Below are positions 18,253-28,898 of a DNA stretch of 64,000 nucleotides, piece after piece. Origin of the DNA: Bacillales bacterium (GTDB lineage Bacteria; Bacillota_I; Bacilli_A; RFN20; CAG-449); assembly GCA_029006735.1 (NCBI GenBank), contig JAQXGN010000055.1:3239-67238 (forward strand), written 5' to 3'. A model generated the notes under the pieces. That model was given only the letters and a program-made list of their open reading frames with translations. It ran no database searches and was not told where the DNA came from. How positions within the stretch are numbered: position 1 is the stretch's first letter; each line of letters opens with the position of its first letter. The position numbers were made by a program, and so were the translations under genes.

Positions 18253-19230
18253 TTAGGCGACATTATTTAATTGTTCTTGATACATATATTCAATATATAC
18301 TCCATAACCTTTAGTTACTTCGTTAACTAAAATATGAGTTACCGCGCCAACTATCATATTGTCTTGAATAATAGGTGAACCGGACATTCCAGAATATACT
18401 CCACCTGCTTCAAGTAAAAGACGTTTATCAGTAATTTCAAATGTAATTCCTTTCGTCTGTTTTGATGTTTGCTTTTTTAATTCGGTAATCTTTATTTCAA
18501 ATTCTTCTACATTATTTCCTTTTAAACAAGTTAAAATCTTTGCTTTTCCGAGTTTAATTTGATTTATCGATGCTACTTCTAACTCATTTTTATTACATGT
18601 AGAACAAGTATAAGGACCAAACATTCCATATTCTGTATTTTTATAAATATCACCTATATCATTATCAAATTTTGTGGTTGTTATTTTTTCTCCAACTTTA
18701 CCATTTTTTGATTTAGATATATTTAAAACATCTTCTTTATAGATATTTCCTTCATTAATATCAATTATTTGACCAGTGTAAGAATCGATAACTTCATGTC
18801 CTAAAGCACCATATGTTTTATTAACTGGATCATAATATGTTAATGTTCCTACACCTAGTATTCTTTCTTTGACATATAGACCACTTTTTATTTGATTATT
18901 TTCATAGCATAATCGTAAATTACGATTAATTAAGGTTTTATTCCTTATAATATCTAATGTTACTTCATCATATTTATTATCTTTAATTACGCTCAAAAAA
19001 GAATCGACACTAGATACTTTTTTCTCATTTAGTTTGACAATTATATCACCTATTTGAATATCACTATCTATCGAAGGGTTATAATATTCATCTTTTATTT
19101 TAACTTGGTATGTTCCTGTTACATATAATCCATCAATCTTCATTTCAAAGACGATATTTTCTCCACTGGGAATTAATGCTGTATTTAAACTACCAAATAA
19201 AAAGGCAAAACCTATTAATCCTAGTTGCAT
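18253..19230 (-). CDS. spoIVB: SpoIVB signalling serine peptidase (S55)
   Basis: PDZ-like segment plus LGHEV and GMSGSPII catalytic motifs. The recN-spoIVB-spo0A order matches Bacillus and Clostridium. Confidence 0.85.
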   Translation of the reverse strand: MQLGLIGFAFLFGSLNTALIPSGENIVFEMKIDGLYVTGTYQVKIKDEYYNPSIDSDIQIGDIIVKLNEKKVSSVDSFLSVIKDNKYDEVTLDIIRNKTLINRNLRLCYENNQIKSGLYVKERILGVGTLTYYDPVNKTYGALGHEVIDSYTGQIIDINEGNIYKEDVLNISKSKNGKVGEKITTTKFDNDIGDIYKNTEYGMFGPYTCSTCNKNELEVASINQIKLGKAKILTCLKGNNVEEFEIKITELKKQTSKQTKGITFEITDKRLLLEAGGVYSGMSGSPIIQDNMIVGAVTHILVNEVTKGYGVYIEYMYQEQLNNVA

Positions 19231-19284
19231 AATACTTCACCTCAATAGTAGTATTACCAATTTTTAATAAGAATTGCCAAAATA

Positions 19285-20946
19285 TTATGAGTTCATCTGC
19301 TTTATTAAATTTTTTGCAAGTTTTTTTGATTCGTTAGATTCATTTTCTCCCGTTATCATACTAGAAATTTTTTCTACTACTTGATCACCATTTAATTTAT
19401 AAACTTGAGTCTTTGTAACATCATTATCAACTAATTTTGAAACAAAATAATGATGAGAAGAGATCGCAGCCATCTGAGGAAGATGAGAAATAACAATAGT
19501 TTGAGATATTTGAGATATTTGTTTTATCTTCATTGATGTTGCTATTGCAACTCTTCCAGATATACCAGTATCAATTTCATCAAAGATAATTGTTCCTACT
19601 GGAGAAAGTTTATTAAAGACATTTTTAATTGCTAGATGTAATCTAGAAGTTTCTCCTAAAGAAGCAGTTTGATCTAATGGAAGATATTTACCACCTAAAT
19701 TTGCTCGTAATTTAAAGATAATCTGATTAAAACCAAATTTATTTAATGTAGTTTCTTCTAAACTAATTTTAAAATCGGCATTTTCTAATAACAAATCTCT
19801 TAGTTGCTCATTAACTTCTTTTTCTAATATTGGAATAAACTTTTCTCTTTCAAGGTGGATTATTCTTGCCTTTTCAATTGCCTTTTCTTTAATTGATGCA
19901 ATCTTTTTTTCTTGTTCATTGATAAGAAAGTCAAAATTTGTTATTAAATCGATTTGATTTTTAATTTCTTGGAACTTATCTAAAATATCTTGTGTAGTTT
20001 TACCATATTTTCTTTTTAATTGAAGCAAAGTAGATCTTCTTGAACGTAAATATTCTAAATGATCTAAAGATGATTCTAAATTAGAAAATTTACTCATAAT
20101 TTCTTCATGAACTTCATCTAATTTATAATACAAATCGAGAAAATCTTCTTTTAATGATGCAAATTTATCATCTTTAATATTAGATAATATCTTTTTTGAA
20201 TTATATAACAATCCACTTGCTTCATCGTATTGTGAATCAAATTCTTGGATATATGTAGCTAATTCTTGGAATGATTCTAATGATTTTAACTCATCTTCAA
20301 TATCCTCTAATTCGTTTTCTTGAATATTTGCTTTTTCTAATTCTTCATATTGATATGTTAAATAATCTAAATCTTCAAATGATGCATGATTATTTTTCAT
20401 TTCTTCGAGAGTTTTTACTTCAGATAAATAAGAATGATATAAATCTTGATATATTTTAAGATTATTAAAATATTCTTCATCAATCTTTCTAATATAAGCA
20501 TCTAGATATTTAATTTGTTCTTTACTATCAAAATAAGAATTATCTTTATGTTGTGAATGGATATCAATTATATGTCCCATAATCTTTTTTAAAACATTTA
20601 AAGGGACACTATGATAATTTAATCTTGCATATGACTTTCCATTAATATCCAATGTACGAGATACAATAATTATTTGATCTTCGGATATTAATTCACCATA
20701 TTCATCATTTATTTTTTTGCAATAATCTTTATCTTCTATATAGAATTCACCTTCAATAAAGGCTTTTTCTTGACCATTTCTAATTTTATTAAAACTCGAT
20801 TTTTCACCTTCAAGCAAACTTAAAGCATCAATTATGATTGATTTACCTGCACCAGTTTCCCCCATAATTGCATTCATTCCTTTTTCAAAAGAAATTTCAA
20901 TATCTTCAATTATTGCAAAGTTTTTAATGATTAAATGATTTAACAT
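19285..20946 (-). CDS. recN: DNA repair protein RecN
   Basis: Walker A GETGAGKS, a long coiled-coil, and the C-terminal FDEIDTGISG signature. Confidence 0.9.
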   Translation of the reverse strand: MLNHLIIKNFAIIEDIEISFEKGMNAIMGETGAGKSIIIDALSLLEGEKSSFNKIRNGQEKAFIEGEFYIEDKDYCKKINDEYGELISEDQIIIVSRTLDINGKSYARLNYHSVPLNVLKKIMGHIIDIHSQHKDNSYFDSKEQIKYLDAYIRKIDEEYFNNLKIYQDLYHSYLSEVKTLEEMKNNHASFEDLDYLTYQYEELEKANIQENELEDIEDELKSLESFQELATYIQEFDSQYDEASGLLYNSKKILSNIKDDKFASLKEDFLDLYYKLDEVHEEIMSKFSNLESSLDHLEYLRSRRSTLLQLKRKYGKTTQDILDKFQEIKNQIDLITNFDFLINEQEKKIASIKEKAIEKARIIHLEREKFIPILEKEVNEQLRDLLLENADFKISLEETTLNKFGFNQIIFKLRANLGGKYLPLDQTASLGETSRLHLAIKNVFNKLSPVGTIIFDEIDTGISGRVAIATSMKIKQISQISQTIVISHLPQMAAISSHHYFVSKLVDNDVTKTQVYKLNGDQVVEKISSMITGENESNESKKLAKNLIKQMNS

Positions 20947-21024
20947 AATTTACCTCTTTTGTTATTATAAGTTTTTCAGATTTAAAAAAACACGAAATAT
21001 AAAAAACTGTATAAATTATTTCCA

Positions 21025-21228
21025 TTATTCCATTTTTTCACTAATTCCATTTTGAATTAATTCGATTTTTTTTGTAACATCATTTAATTCTTCGTTTAAT
21101 GAAGAAGATAATTTCATAGCTTCTTCATATAAAGATAATGATTCTTCTAGTGTCATTTTTTCATTCTCTAATCTTTTACAAATGTCTTCTAATTTAGTCA
21201 TTTTTTCTTCAATAGATAATTTTTCCAT
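21025..21228 (-). CDS. xseB: exodeoxyribonuclease VII small subunit
   Basis: A 67-aa helical protein (LEESLSLYEEAMKL) directly after xseA. The start is set at ATG 21228, which follows AAGGAG. Confidence 0.8.
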   Translation of the reverse strand: MEKLSIEEKMTKLEDICKRLENEKMTLEESLSLYEEAMKLSSSLNEELNDVTKKIELIQNGISEKME

Positions 21229-21238
21229 AGTAGTCTCC

Positions 21239-22423
21239 TTATTTATCAATTACTTTTACTTTAATTGTTCCATCACTCATTTTTAAAGATAATTCATCAC
21301 CTAATTCTAGTAAACTAACCTTATTGATAATCTTATCATTTAGATATACTAATGAATATCCTTTATCTAAAATTTGGTATGGATTTAGACTTCTAAGTGA
21401 GGATAAACATGTTTCTAGACGATGTCTATATGATAAATTGATGTTTATAATTAATTGATTTAAGCGAATCTGTTTATTTTTTACATCCTTAATCTTTAAT
21501 TGATATAAAGAAAGTGGATTATAAGTTTTAATTAATGAATAACTTTTTAGATAACGGTTTTTTATTCGATCAAGACAATTTTTCATTAATTGAGTAGAAT
21601 AATTAGATAAATGCTTAATATATGATAATAATTCATCTTTATTTGGTGTGGCTTTAATACCAGCTTCAGTAGGAGTAATACAAGCATAATCTGCGACTAG
21701 ATCAATTAAAGTAGAATCAATTTGATGACCAACTGCAGTAATAAGAGGAACTTCAATAGTAGAAACAAATCGGACAAGTTCTTCATTGTTAAAGGCCATT
21801 AAGTCTTCATTTGCCCCTCCTCCACGAGAGATAATAAGCGTATCCAATTGATAATTTAATGCTTCTTTTAATGCATTGATAATCGACTGAGGTGCGCCTT
21901 CTCCTTGAACTAAGCAAGGAAAAACATAGATTTTAGGATTATACCGAGATTGAATTGTATGAATTAAATCATGGACAGCTGCTCCGGTTTTACTTGTAAT
22001 AATGCCAATAGTCTTTGGGAAAAGTGGAATTTCTTTTTTTGGTAAATTAAATATTCCTTCTTCTAATAACTTTTTCTTTAATTCTAATAATTTTAATAAT
22101 TCTTTTCCCTTTCCATATTGTTCAATCTTATGAGCGTATAATTGATAAGTACCATTTTTATCATATACTGATACATGACCATTAATTAACACTTCATCAC
22201 CATTTTTTAAATCAAATTTTAATGATCTAACATTAAAAGAAAACATCATACAAGAAATCTTACTTTCTTCATCTTTAATTGAGAAGTAGTAATGACCTGT
22301 ATAATGTTTATTTAAATTGCAAATTTCACCCTTTACTAAAACATTTGAAAGAAGAAAATCTCCTTCAATGAGGTTTTTAATATATTGATTTAATGTAGTT
22401 ACATTATAAATTTGCTTTTCCAT
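21239..22423 (-). CDS. xseA: exodeoxyribonuclease VII large subunit
   Basis: OB-fold N-terminus (VKGEICNLNKHYTGHYYFSIKD), then IGIITSKTGAA and ISRGGG motifs. Confidence 0.9.
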   Translation of the reverse strand: MEKQIYNVTTLNQYIKNLIEGDFLLSNVLVKGEICNLNKHYTGHYYFSIKDEESKISCMMFSFNVRSLKFDLKNGDEVLINGHVSVYDKNGTYQLYAHKIEQYGKGKELLKLLELKKKLLEEGIFNLPKKEIPLFPKTIGIITSKTGAAVHDLIHTIQSRYNPKIYVFPCLVQGEGAPQSIINALKEALNYQLDTLIISRGGGANEDLMAFNNEELVRFVSTIEVPLITAVGHQIDSTLIDLVADYACITPTEAGIKATPNKDELLSYIKHLSNYSTQLMKNCLDRIKNRYLKSYSLIKTYNPLSLYQLKIKDVKNKQIRLNQLIININLSYRHRLETCLSSLRSLNPYQILDKGYSLVYLNDKIINKVSLLELGDELSLKMSDGTIKVKVIDK

Positions 22424-22827
22424 TATAATATCTTATCTAATACAGCATTAATGAATTTAAATTCATTATCATCTAAATATTTTTTTGCTAATTCAACTGC
22501 AACATTAATCATCTCTGATTTATGGATTTCACCAACGTATTTATATTGACCAATTGATGATAATAAAATTGCATGAGCAACGATATTTATTCGATGTAAT
22601 TTAATTTTTTCCGATAGATTATCTTCGATAAGATGATCTATCTCTTCTTGATTTAATAATGATTTAATAACACATTCTTTTGAATATGTATCAATAGAAG
22701 AAAATTCGCATTCAAAAACTCCTTCCATTATACTTTTAACGTCTAACGAATTGTTATTTTTTTGATTAAACAAGTATAAATATACACTTGACATGATTTT
22801 TTCTTGAGATTGATTTCTTGACAACAT
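22423..22827 (-). CDS. nusB: transcription antitermination factor NusB
   Basis: About 134 aa between an Asp23-like gene and xseA, as in Bacillus. The C-terminus reads KFINAVLDKI. The GTG start was trimmed to ATG 22827, which follows GGAGAG. Confidence 0.75.
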   Translation of the reverse strand: MLSRNQSQEKIMSSVYLYLFNQKNNNSLDVKSIMEGVFECEFSSIDTYSKECVIKSLLNQEEIDHLIEDNLSEKIKLHRINIVAHAILLSSIGQYKYVGEIHKSEMINVAVELAKKYLDDNEFKFINAVLDKIL

Positions 22828-22853
22828 AATTCTCTCCACTTTATAAAGTAAAA

Positions 22854-23186
22854 TTATTCAATTCCAGCGACTTTAATTTTAATCTGAAATGGAACAACTT
22901 CACACATTTGTTCTAATGCTTCTGCAACTTGAATTTGAATGTTGTTGCATAGTTCATCAACATTATGACCTCTAGTAATAATGACTTGAATTGAGACATG
23001 AACTTGATTATTTTGCATTTCACAATGAACAGGTTTATGGAATCTAAATGGTGATTTGATATCTTTTTTAGTTGCTGCACCTGCTATCTTATTTGTAACA
23101 TAAGTTACAATTTGTTCATAAGCTTTTAATGAAATTCCTAATTTACCTTGTTTTGAATAATTTTGAATATATGCATACTCAGCCAT
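22854..23186 (-). CDS. Asp23/Gls24 family stress protein (YqhY-like)
   Basis: 110 aa with the Asp23-family pattern (GISLKAYEQIVTYV...VSIQVII..GHNV.ELC..IQ..V). Its position upstream of nusB matches yqhY. Confidence 0.7.
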   Translation of the reverse strand: MAEYAYIQNYSKQGKLGISLKAYEQIVTYVTNKIAGAATKKDIKSPFRFHKPVHCEMQNNQVHVSIQVIITRGHNVDELCNNIQIQVAEALEQMCEVVPFQIKIKVAGIE

Positions 23187-23243
23187 ATAGTTTCCTCCTT
23201 GTTAAATTATTATAAAGAAATAGTTGATTATAATCAATATAAA

Positions 23244-25409
23244 CTATTTACCCACTTGCTTTATTGATAAAGCAATTCTTTTTTTGTTTACTTCGACTCC
23301 AATAACTCTTACTTTAACGATTTGTCCTATTTTTAAAGCATCTAATGGATGTTTAATGTATTTATCACTAATTTCAGAAATATGAACTAAACCATCTTGA
23401 TGTACTCCAATATCAACAAATGCCCCAAAATCGATAATATTTCTTACTGTTCCATTTAATTCCATCCCAATTTGAAGATCTTTAATATCACAAACATCAT
23501 TGCGTAATTCTGCTTTTACATTGATATCACGAATATCTCTACCTGGTTTTTCTAGTTCGTTAATGATATCTTTTAATGTTTCAACGCCAACATTTAATTC
23601 TTTTGCAACTGCATTTATATTTAAATTATTAAGTTTTAATGTAAGAATATCACTACCGATATCTTCAATAGATAATTTTACATATTTTAACAATTTTAAT
23701 GTGATTTCATAAGATTCTGGATGAATACCGGTATTATCTAGAGGATAATGATCTTGAATTCTTAAAAATCCTGCACATTGTTGGAATGCTTTTTCTCCTA
23801 ATTTGCTAACTTTTAATAAATCTGATCTTGATTTATATTCACCATTATTTTCTCGATATGCAACAATATTTTTCGCAATTGAAGAATTAATACCAGAAAC
23901 GTAAGTTAATAAACTTGGTGAAGCTAAATTAACGTCAACTCCAACTAAATTAACACAATTTTCTACTACTCCACCTAAAGCTTCACCTAAATGTTTTTGA
24001 TTCATGTCGTGTTGATATTGCCCTACACCGATTGATTTTGGATCAATTTTTACAAGTTCGGCTAATGGATCTTGAACTCTTCTTGCTAAAGAAATCGCAC
24101 TTCTAACACTTACATCAAGGTTTGGAAATTCTTCAGTCCCCAATTTTGATGCACTATATACAGAAGCACCAGCTTCATTTGTAATAACATAATCTACTTT
24201 AATCATTGGATATTCTTTAAAAACATATTCTTTTAAGAATCTTTCTGATTCTCTTCCACCTGTTCCATTTCCTAATGAAATTAAATCGACATGATATTTT
24301 TTAATTAAAGTTGCTAAAGTTAATGCTTCTTTTTTTAATATTTCTTGATTAGTGACAGTTGCATGTAATACACCGGTATATAATACTTTACCTAATCGAT
24401 CAACAATTGCAATTTTACAACCAGTTCTTATACCTGGATCAAATCCTAAAACTACTTTATTTTTAATCGGTGCTTCTAATAATAGTTCTTTTAAATTAGA
24501 TTTAAATACTTCAATAGAAGTATTCTCACTAACTTCTAAAATATCTCCTCTAATTTCATTAGAAATAGATGGGAAGATTAGTCTTTTATAAGCATCAGTA
24601 ATTGCATCTAAAATAATTGGAGTAAAAATTGTTTCTTTTTTTATTAAATCTTTTGCGATGAAATTGATATTTGTCGTATCTTCACCTAAAATATCTACTT
24701 TTAAAATTCCTAATTTTTCTCCTCGATTAATAGCCAAAATACGATGAGATGCTATTTTAACAATTGGTTCAATGTAGTTATAATACATTGCAAATCGTTC
24801 ATTTTCATCGATAGCTTTTGGATCTAATTTAGTAGTAATCGAAAATGTTTTAAATGTATATTCACGAATCTTCTTACGATAAGACGCATTATCAGAAACT
24901 GTTTCTGCGATAATATCTTTTGCACCTTGAAGAGCTTCAAGGACACTATTTACACCTAATTCTTCATTAATAAAAGAAGAAACATATTTTTCAAAGTCAC
25001 CTTCATTATCTTGTTTTAAAATATAATCAGCAAGAGGTTCTAATCCTTTCGCTTTTGCGATGCTTGCTCTTGTTTTTTTCTTTGGTTTATATGGTCGATA
25101 AATATCTTCTAATTCACTTAATGTTTTCGCATTTAATAGACTATTTTTAATTTCCGAAGTTAATTTACCTTGTTCATCAATTGAATTCAAAATAGTATCT
25201 AATCGATCATAAAAATTTTTATAGTAAGTATATTTTTCAAAAAAGATACGTAATGCTTCATCACTCATTGAACCTGTCCATTCTTTTCTATAACGTGCAA
25301 TGAATGGAATAGTACAACCATCTTTTAAGAAATTAATAACATTATTTACTTGTTTTTCTGTGATATTTAAATCATTTATTAATCTATTTATTATAATATC
25401 TTCGTACAT
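23244..25409 (-). CDS. tex: Tex-like transcription accessory protein (YqgF/HhH/S1 domains)
   Basis: 721 aa with IPFIARYRKE, an RNase H-like LGFDPGIRTGCK segment, and a C-terminal S1 domain (GTVRNIIDFGAFVDIG...GLVHISE). Confidence 0.85.
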   Translation of the reverse strand: MYEDIIINRLINDLNITEKQVNNVINFLKDGCTIPFIARYRKEWTGSMSDEALRIFFEKYTYYKNFYDRLDTILNSIDEQGKLTSEIKNSLLNAKTLSELEDIYRPYKPKKKTRASIAKAKGLEPLADYILKQDNEGDFEKYVSSFINEELGVNSVLEALQGAKDIIAETVSDNASYRKKIREYTFKTFSITTKLDPKAIDENERFAMYYNYIEPIVKIASHRILAINRGEKLGILKVDILGEDTTNINFIAKDLIKKETIFTPIILDAITDAYKRLIFPSISNEIRGDILEVSENTSIEVFKSNLKELLLEAPIKNKVVLGFDPGIRTGCKIAIVDRLGKVLYTGVLHATVTNQEILKKEALTLATLIKKYHVDLISLGNGTGGRESERFLKEYVFKEYPMIKVDYVITNEAGASVYSASKLGTEEFPNLDVSVRSAISLARRVQDPLAELVKIDPKSIGVGQYQHDMNQKHLGEALGGVVENCVNLVGVDVNLASPSLLTYVSGINSSIAKNIVAYRENNGEYKSRSDLLKVSKLGEKAFQQCAGFLRIQDHYPLDNTGIHPESYEITLKLLKYVKLSIEDIGSDILTLKLNNLNINAVAKELNVGVETLKDIINELEKPGRDIRDINVKAELRNDVCDIKDLQIGMELNGTVRNIIDFGAFVDIGVHQDGLVHISEISDKYIKHPLDALKIGQIVKVRVIGVEVNKKRIALSIKQVGK

Positions 25410-25417
25410 AATTACCT

Positions 25418-25903
25418 CTAAAATTTATATAAGTCATAATTATTTTCATAACTAACTAATGCATAAAAGTTAGTTTGTTTTTCTTCAAGTGCCATTTGTA
25501 ATCTACATCCTTTTGCTTCATTTTTTGAAGGATTTTTTGCACTAGCTAAATTAAATGGTTCATTATAACCAATATGAGGAAGATTATATGAGTGAGGTTC
25601 ACTAATATAACTAGAAGGACACACAATAATACTTAAATTAGCTATATAAGTTTCTTTATAACTTAAAATTACAGTGTAAATGAAGTATTCTCCGTTCTGT
25701 GATTTAGTTTCTTCAAAATCTAAATTATATTTATCAGAAATATCATCCTTAGTTTTATACGGGCCTTGTTTTAAAATATTTAAATCATTTAATATCGTTT
25801 CTCCATAATGAAAATCAGTAATAGGAGTAGAAGAATTCAATTCATTATTACAGCTAAACAAAAATAATAAAGGAAAAATTAATATTAATTTATTTAATCT
25901 CAT
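25418..25903 (-). CDS. hypothetical lipoprotein
   Basis: With ATG 25903 (SD AAGGGTGA) the product begins MRLNKLILIFPLLFLFSCNN, a signal peptide plus lipobox. The ORF track extends to 26002. No family was recognised. Confidence 0.5.
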   Translation of the reverse strand: MRLNKLILIFPLLFLFSCNNELNSSTPITDFHYGETILNDLNILKQGPYKTKDDISDKYNLDFEETKSQNGEYFIYTVILSYKETYIANLSIIVCPSSYISEPHSYNLPHIGYNEPFNLASAKNPSKNEAKGCRLQMALEEKQTNFYALVSYENNYDLYKF

Positions 25904-25998
25904 AAATTCACCCTTAATTATTTTAACAATAATTAACAATAAATAAAAGATTAATAAAATAAAAACCACATATTTACTTGATTTATGATCTATATATA

Positions 25999-26184
25999 TC
26001 ATTTTATAACAATATAAACAATTAGAACACTATATAAATAATTTACTTCTTTTCCATCAAAAAAAGCAAAAGATGAATATTTAATATCTTTTATTAAATT
26101 ATCATCTAATTGCTTTAAATAATAGTTAACTTGCATTGTAATATCATCTTCTTTGTTTGATGAAAATATTTCTACTCTAGTCAT
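25999..26184 (-). CDS. Cse60-like small sporulation protein
   Basis: 61 aa. The pattern RVEIFSS..EDD....VN.YL......IKDIKYS.......E.NYLYSVLIVY matches my recollection of the Cse60/YteV family. Confidence 0.5.
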   Translation of the reverse strand: MTRVEIFSSNKEDDITMQVNYYLKQLDDNLIKDIKYSSFAFFDGKEVNYLYSVLIVYIVIK

Positions 26185-26229
26185 TTTATCACCAAATTAA
26201 TGATAAGATATTAGAACATCAAAATTTGT

Positions 26230-28626
26230 CTAAATTGCGACGATATTAACAATTTTTCCAGGAACAATAATAATCTTTTTAATTGTTTTTCCTTCAATAC
26301 GATTTTTAATCGCAGGATTATCTAATACTAATTTTTCAATTTCTTCTTTACTTGCATTTAATGGAACTTCCATTACTTCTCTTAATTTTCCACAAATTTG
26401 AATCGCCATTTTAACACTAAGAGAAACCATCTTTGATTCATCATATTTTGGCCATTCTTCAAATGCTAAAGTATGATCATGACCTAACAAAGACCACATT
26501 TCTTCACCAATATGAGGACAAATACAAGCAAACATTTTAATAAATCCTTCTGCATAATCTTTTGGACAAGCATTTAATTTATAAACTTCATTAATAAAAA
26601 TCATCATTTGAGAAATTGCAGTATTAAATGAGAGATTTTCAAAATCATTTGTTACTTTCTTTACCGTTTCATGATAAAGTTTTTCTAATTCTTTGACTTC
26701 ATAATCAACGATTTTAGATTCTTCAATAAAACAACGATAAACTCTTTGAATGAATTTGTATGCTCCTTCTACACCTTGATTTGACCAAGGTTTACTTGCT
26801 TCAAGAGGTCCCATAAACATTTCATATAAACGTAAAGTATCCGCACCATATTTTTTCGTAATATCGCTAGGATTAACGACAAATTCTGGGAATCTTTTGC
26901 CCATTTTTATACCATTAGAACCAAGAATCATACCTTGGTGAACTAATTTCTTAAATGGTTCATCTGCTTCTAATAATCCTTTTGAATGTAAATATTTTGT
27001 CCATATTCTTGAATAAATTAAATGTCCAACTGCATGTTCAGGTCCTCCGATATATAAATCGACAGGTAACCAATGATCTAATAATTTTTTATCTGCAAAT
27101 ACTTTATCATTATTTGGATCGATATAACGCATGAAATACCAAGAAGATCCGGCACTACCTGGCATAGTTGAAGTCTCTCTTTTGCCTCTTTTTCCATTTA
27201 TAGTTACATATTTCCAATTTTCTGCATTTTCAAGAGGTGCTTTACCATTTTTACCTTTATAATCATCTAATTCAGGTAAAACAAGTGGTAATTCATTATC
27301 TTCTAAAACATGAATTGTTCCATCTTCCATATGTACAACTGGAACTGGTTCACCCCAGTATCTTTGACGAGCAAAAATCCATTCTCTAAATTTATATTGA
27401 ACCTTTTTTTCACCAATTCCTTTTTCTTTTAGATATTCTAGCATTTTATTAATTGCGTCTTCTTTATTTAATCCATCTAAAAAAGAAGAGTTAATATGTA
27501 TTCCATCTTCAATCATCGCCTCTTTATTTATATCTCCACCTTCAAGAACTTGAATAATTGGAAGATTAAATTTCTTAGCAAAAGCATAATCTCTTTCATC
27601 ATGAGCAGGAACTGCCATAATCGCACCAGTTCCATATGTTGATAATACATAATCAGAAATCCAAATAGGGACTAATTTATTATTTACTGGATTAATTGCA
27701 TATGCACCTGTAAAACAACCAGTTTTATCCTTATTCAATTCGGTTCTTTCCAATTCTGATTTACTTGCAGCCATTTTTTTATAAAGTTCAATTGCTTCTT
27801 TTTGTTCACTAGTAGTAATTTCATCAACTAATTTATGTTCTGGAGCTAATACGCAATAAGTCGCACCAAAAAGAGTGTCACAACGAGTTGTAAATACAGT
27901 GAATTTCTTATCGCAACCATCAACTTTAAAATCTACTAATGCTCCAGTTGATTTACCAATCCAATTTCTTTGCATTTCTTTAGTTGAACTTGGCCAATCA
28001 ATTCTATCTAAACCTTCCAATAATTGTTCAGCAAAACTTGGTTGATCAATTACCCATTGTTTCATATTTTTTCTAATAACGGGATATCCACCTCTTTCTG
28101 ATTTACCATCAATAACCTCATCGTTTGATAAAACAGTTCCTAATTCTTCACACCAATTTACAGGCATATCAATATATTTTGCATACCCATCTAAATATAG
28201 ATTTTTAAAAATCCATTGTGTCCAATGATAAAATTCTTTTGAAGAAGTGACAATCATCTTGTCCCAATCATAATCAAAACCTAGTTCTTTTAATTGTTTT
28301 GTAAATGTTTTGATGTTTTCATTTGTAAAACCTTCTGGATGATTATTAGTTGAAATTGCATATTGTTCAGCTGGTAGACCAAATGAATCATATCCCATTG
28401 GGTGAAGAACATTATATCCTTGCATTCTTTTCATTCTTGAAACAATGTCAGTTGCAGTATATCCCTCTGGATGACCAGCATGAAGTCCTACTCCACTTGG
28501 ATAAGGAAACATATCTAAAACATAATATTTTGGCTTAGAAAAGTCATATACATCTGTTTTAAAAGTATGGTTATCTTCCCAATATTTTTGCCATTTCTTT
28601 TCAATTTGTTGATGATCGTAACTCAT
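26230..28626 (-). CDS. leuS: leucyl-tRNA synthetase
   Basis: HAGHPEGY (HIGH) and KMGKRF (KMSKS-like) motifs. The start is set at ATG 28626 ([13 protein letters not shown]), which follows AAAGGAGAG. The ORF-track N-terminal extension runs through the T-box terminator. Confidence 0.9.
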   Translation of the reverse strand: MSYDHQQIEKKWQKYWEDNHTFKTDVYDFSKPKYYVLDMFPYPSGVGLHAGHPEGYTATDIVSRMKRMQGYNVLHPMGYDSFGLPAEQYAISTNNHPEGFTNENIKTFTKQLKELGFDYDWDKMIVTSSKEFYHWTQWIFKNLYLDGYAKYIDMPVNWCEELGTVLSNDEVIDGKSERGGYPVIRKNMKQWVIDQPSFAEQLLEGLDRIDWPSSTKEMQRNWIGKSTGALVDFKVDGCDKKFTVFTTRCDTLFGATYCVLAPEHKLVDEITTSEQKEAIELYKKMAASKSELERTELNKDKTGCFTGAYAINPVNNKLVPIWISDYVLSTYGTGAIMAVPAHDERDYAFAKKFNLPIIQVLEGGDINKEAMIEDGIHINSSFLDGLNKEDAINKMLEYLKEKGIGEKKVQYKFREWIFARQRYWGEPVPVVHMEDGTIHVLEDNELPLVLPELDDYKGKNGKAPLENAENWKYVTINGKRGKRETSTMPGSAGSSWYFMRYIDPNNDKVFADKKLLDHWLPVDLYIGGPEHAVGHLIYSRIWTKYLHSKGLLEADEPFKKLVHQGMILGSNGIKMGKRFPEFVVNPSDITKKYGADTLRLYEMFMGPLEASKPWSNQGVEGAYKFIQRVYRCFIEESKIVDYEVKELEKLYHETVKKVTNDFENLSFNTAISQMMIFINEVYKLNACPKDYAEGFIKMFACICPHIGEEMWSLLGHDHTLAFEEWPKYDESKMVSLSVKMAIQICGKLREVMEVPLNASKEEIEKLVLDNPAIKNRIEGKTIKKIIIVPGKIVNIVAI

Positions 28627-28644
28627 ATTTCTCTCCTTTTTTAT

Positions 28645-28848
28645 AAAAAAAGCGTCCCTAGAAAAATCTAAGGACGCCAATAATAACGCGATACCACCTT
28701 AGTTTAGTCATAATAATGACTACACTTAATTCTAGTTTTAAAGTAACAACCTGTATCTTTTTTTAGTCGAGTTCACTAATTTGATTAGTTATTTTTCACC
28801 TGCCAATAACTCTCTAAATAATCTTGTTAGCTACTACTACTTAATACA
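28645..28848 (-). promoter_or_regulatory. T-box leader of leuS (specifier CUC, Leu)
   Basis: On the - strand: AGUAGUAGUAGCUAA, AGAGAG, GGUGAAA, specifier context GUGAA-CUC-G (codon at 28771-28769), T-box AACUAAGGUGGUAUCGCG, and terminator GCGTCCTTAG...CTAGGGACGC followed by T7 (28645-28677). Confidence 0.85.
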
Positions 28849-28853
28849 TAAGT

Positions 28854-28882
28854 ATTATAATAACGAATTATCTTCTTTTCAA
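28854..28882 (-). promoter_or_regulatory. sigma-A promoter of the leuS leader
   Basis: TTGAAA-17 nt-TATAAT on the - strand. Confidence 0.6.
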
Positions 28883-28898
28883 GAAAAATAGCGTCTAA

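Noticed and set aside
28627-28680. N-terminal extensions proposed by the ORF track. These affect leuS (to 28680), plsY (1012), the MATE gene (15639), spo0A (18124), xseB (21249), nusB (22839), aspS (32023), the Y-family polymerase (41769), atpC (60333) and the membrane protein (59908).
   Set aside because: The extensions start at TTG/GTG or at ATGs lacking an SD. They run through a T-box terminator or the upstream gene, and an internal ATG with a good SD restores the canonical N-terminus.
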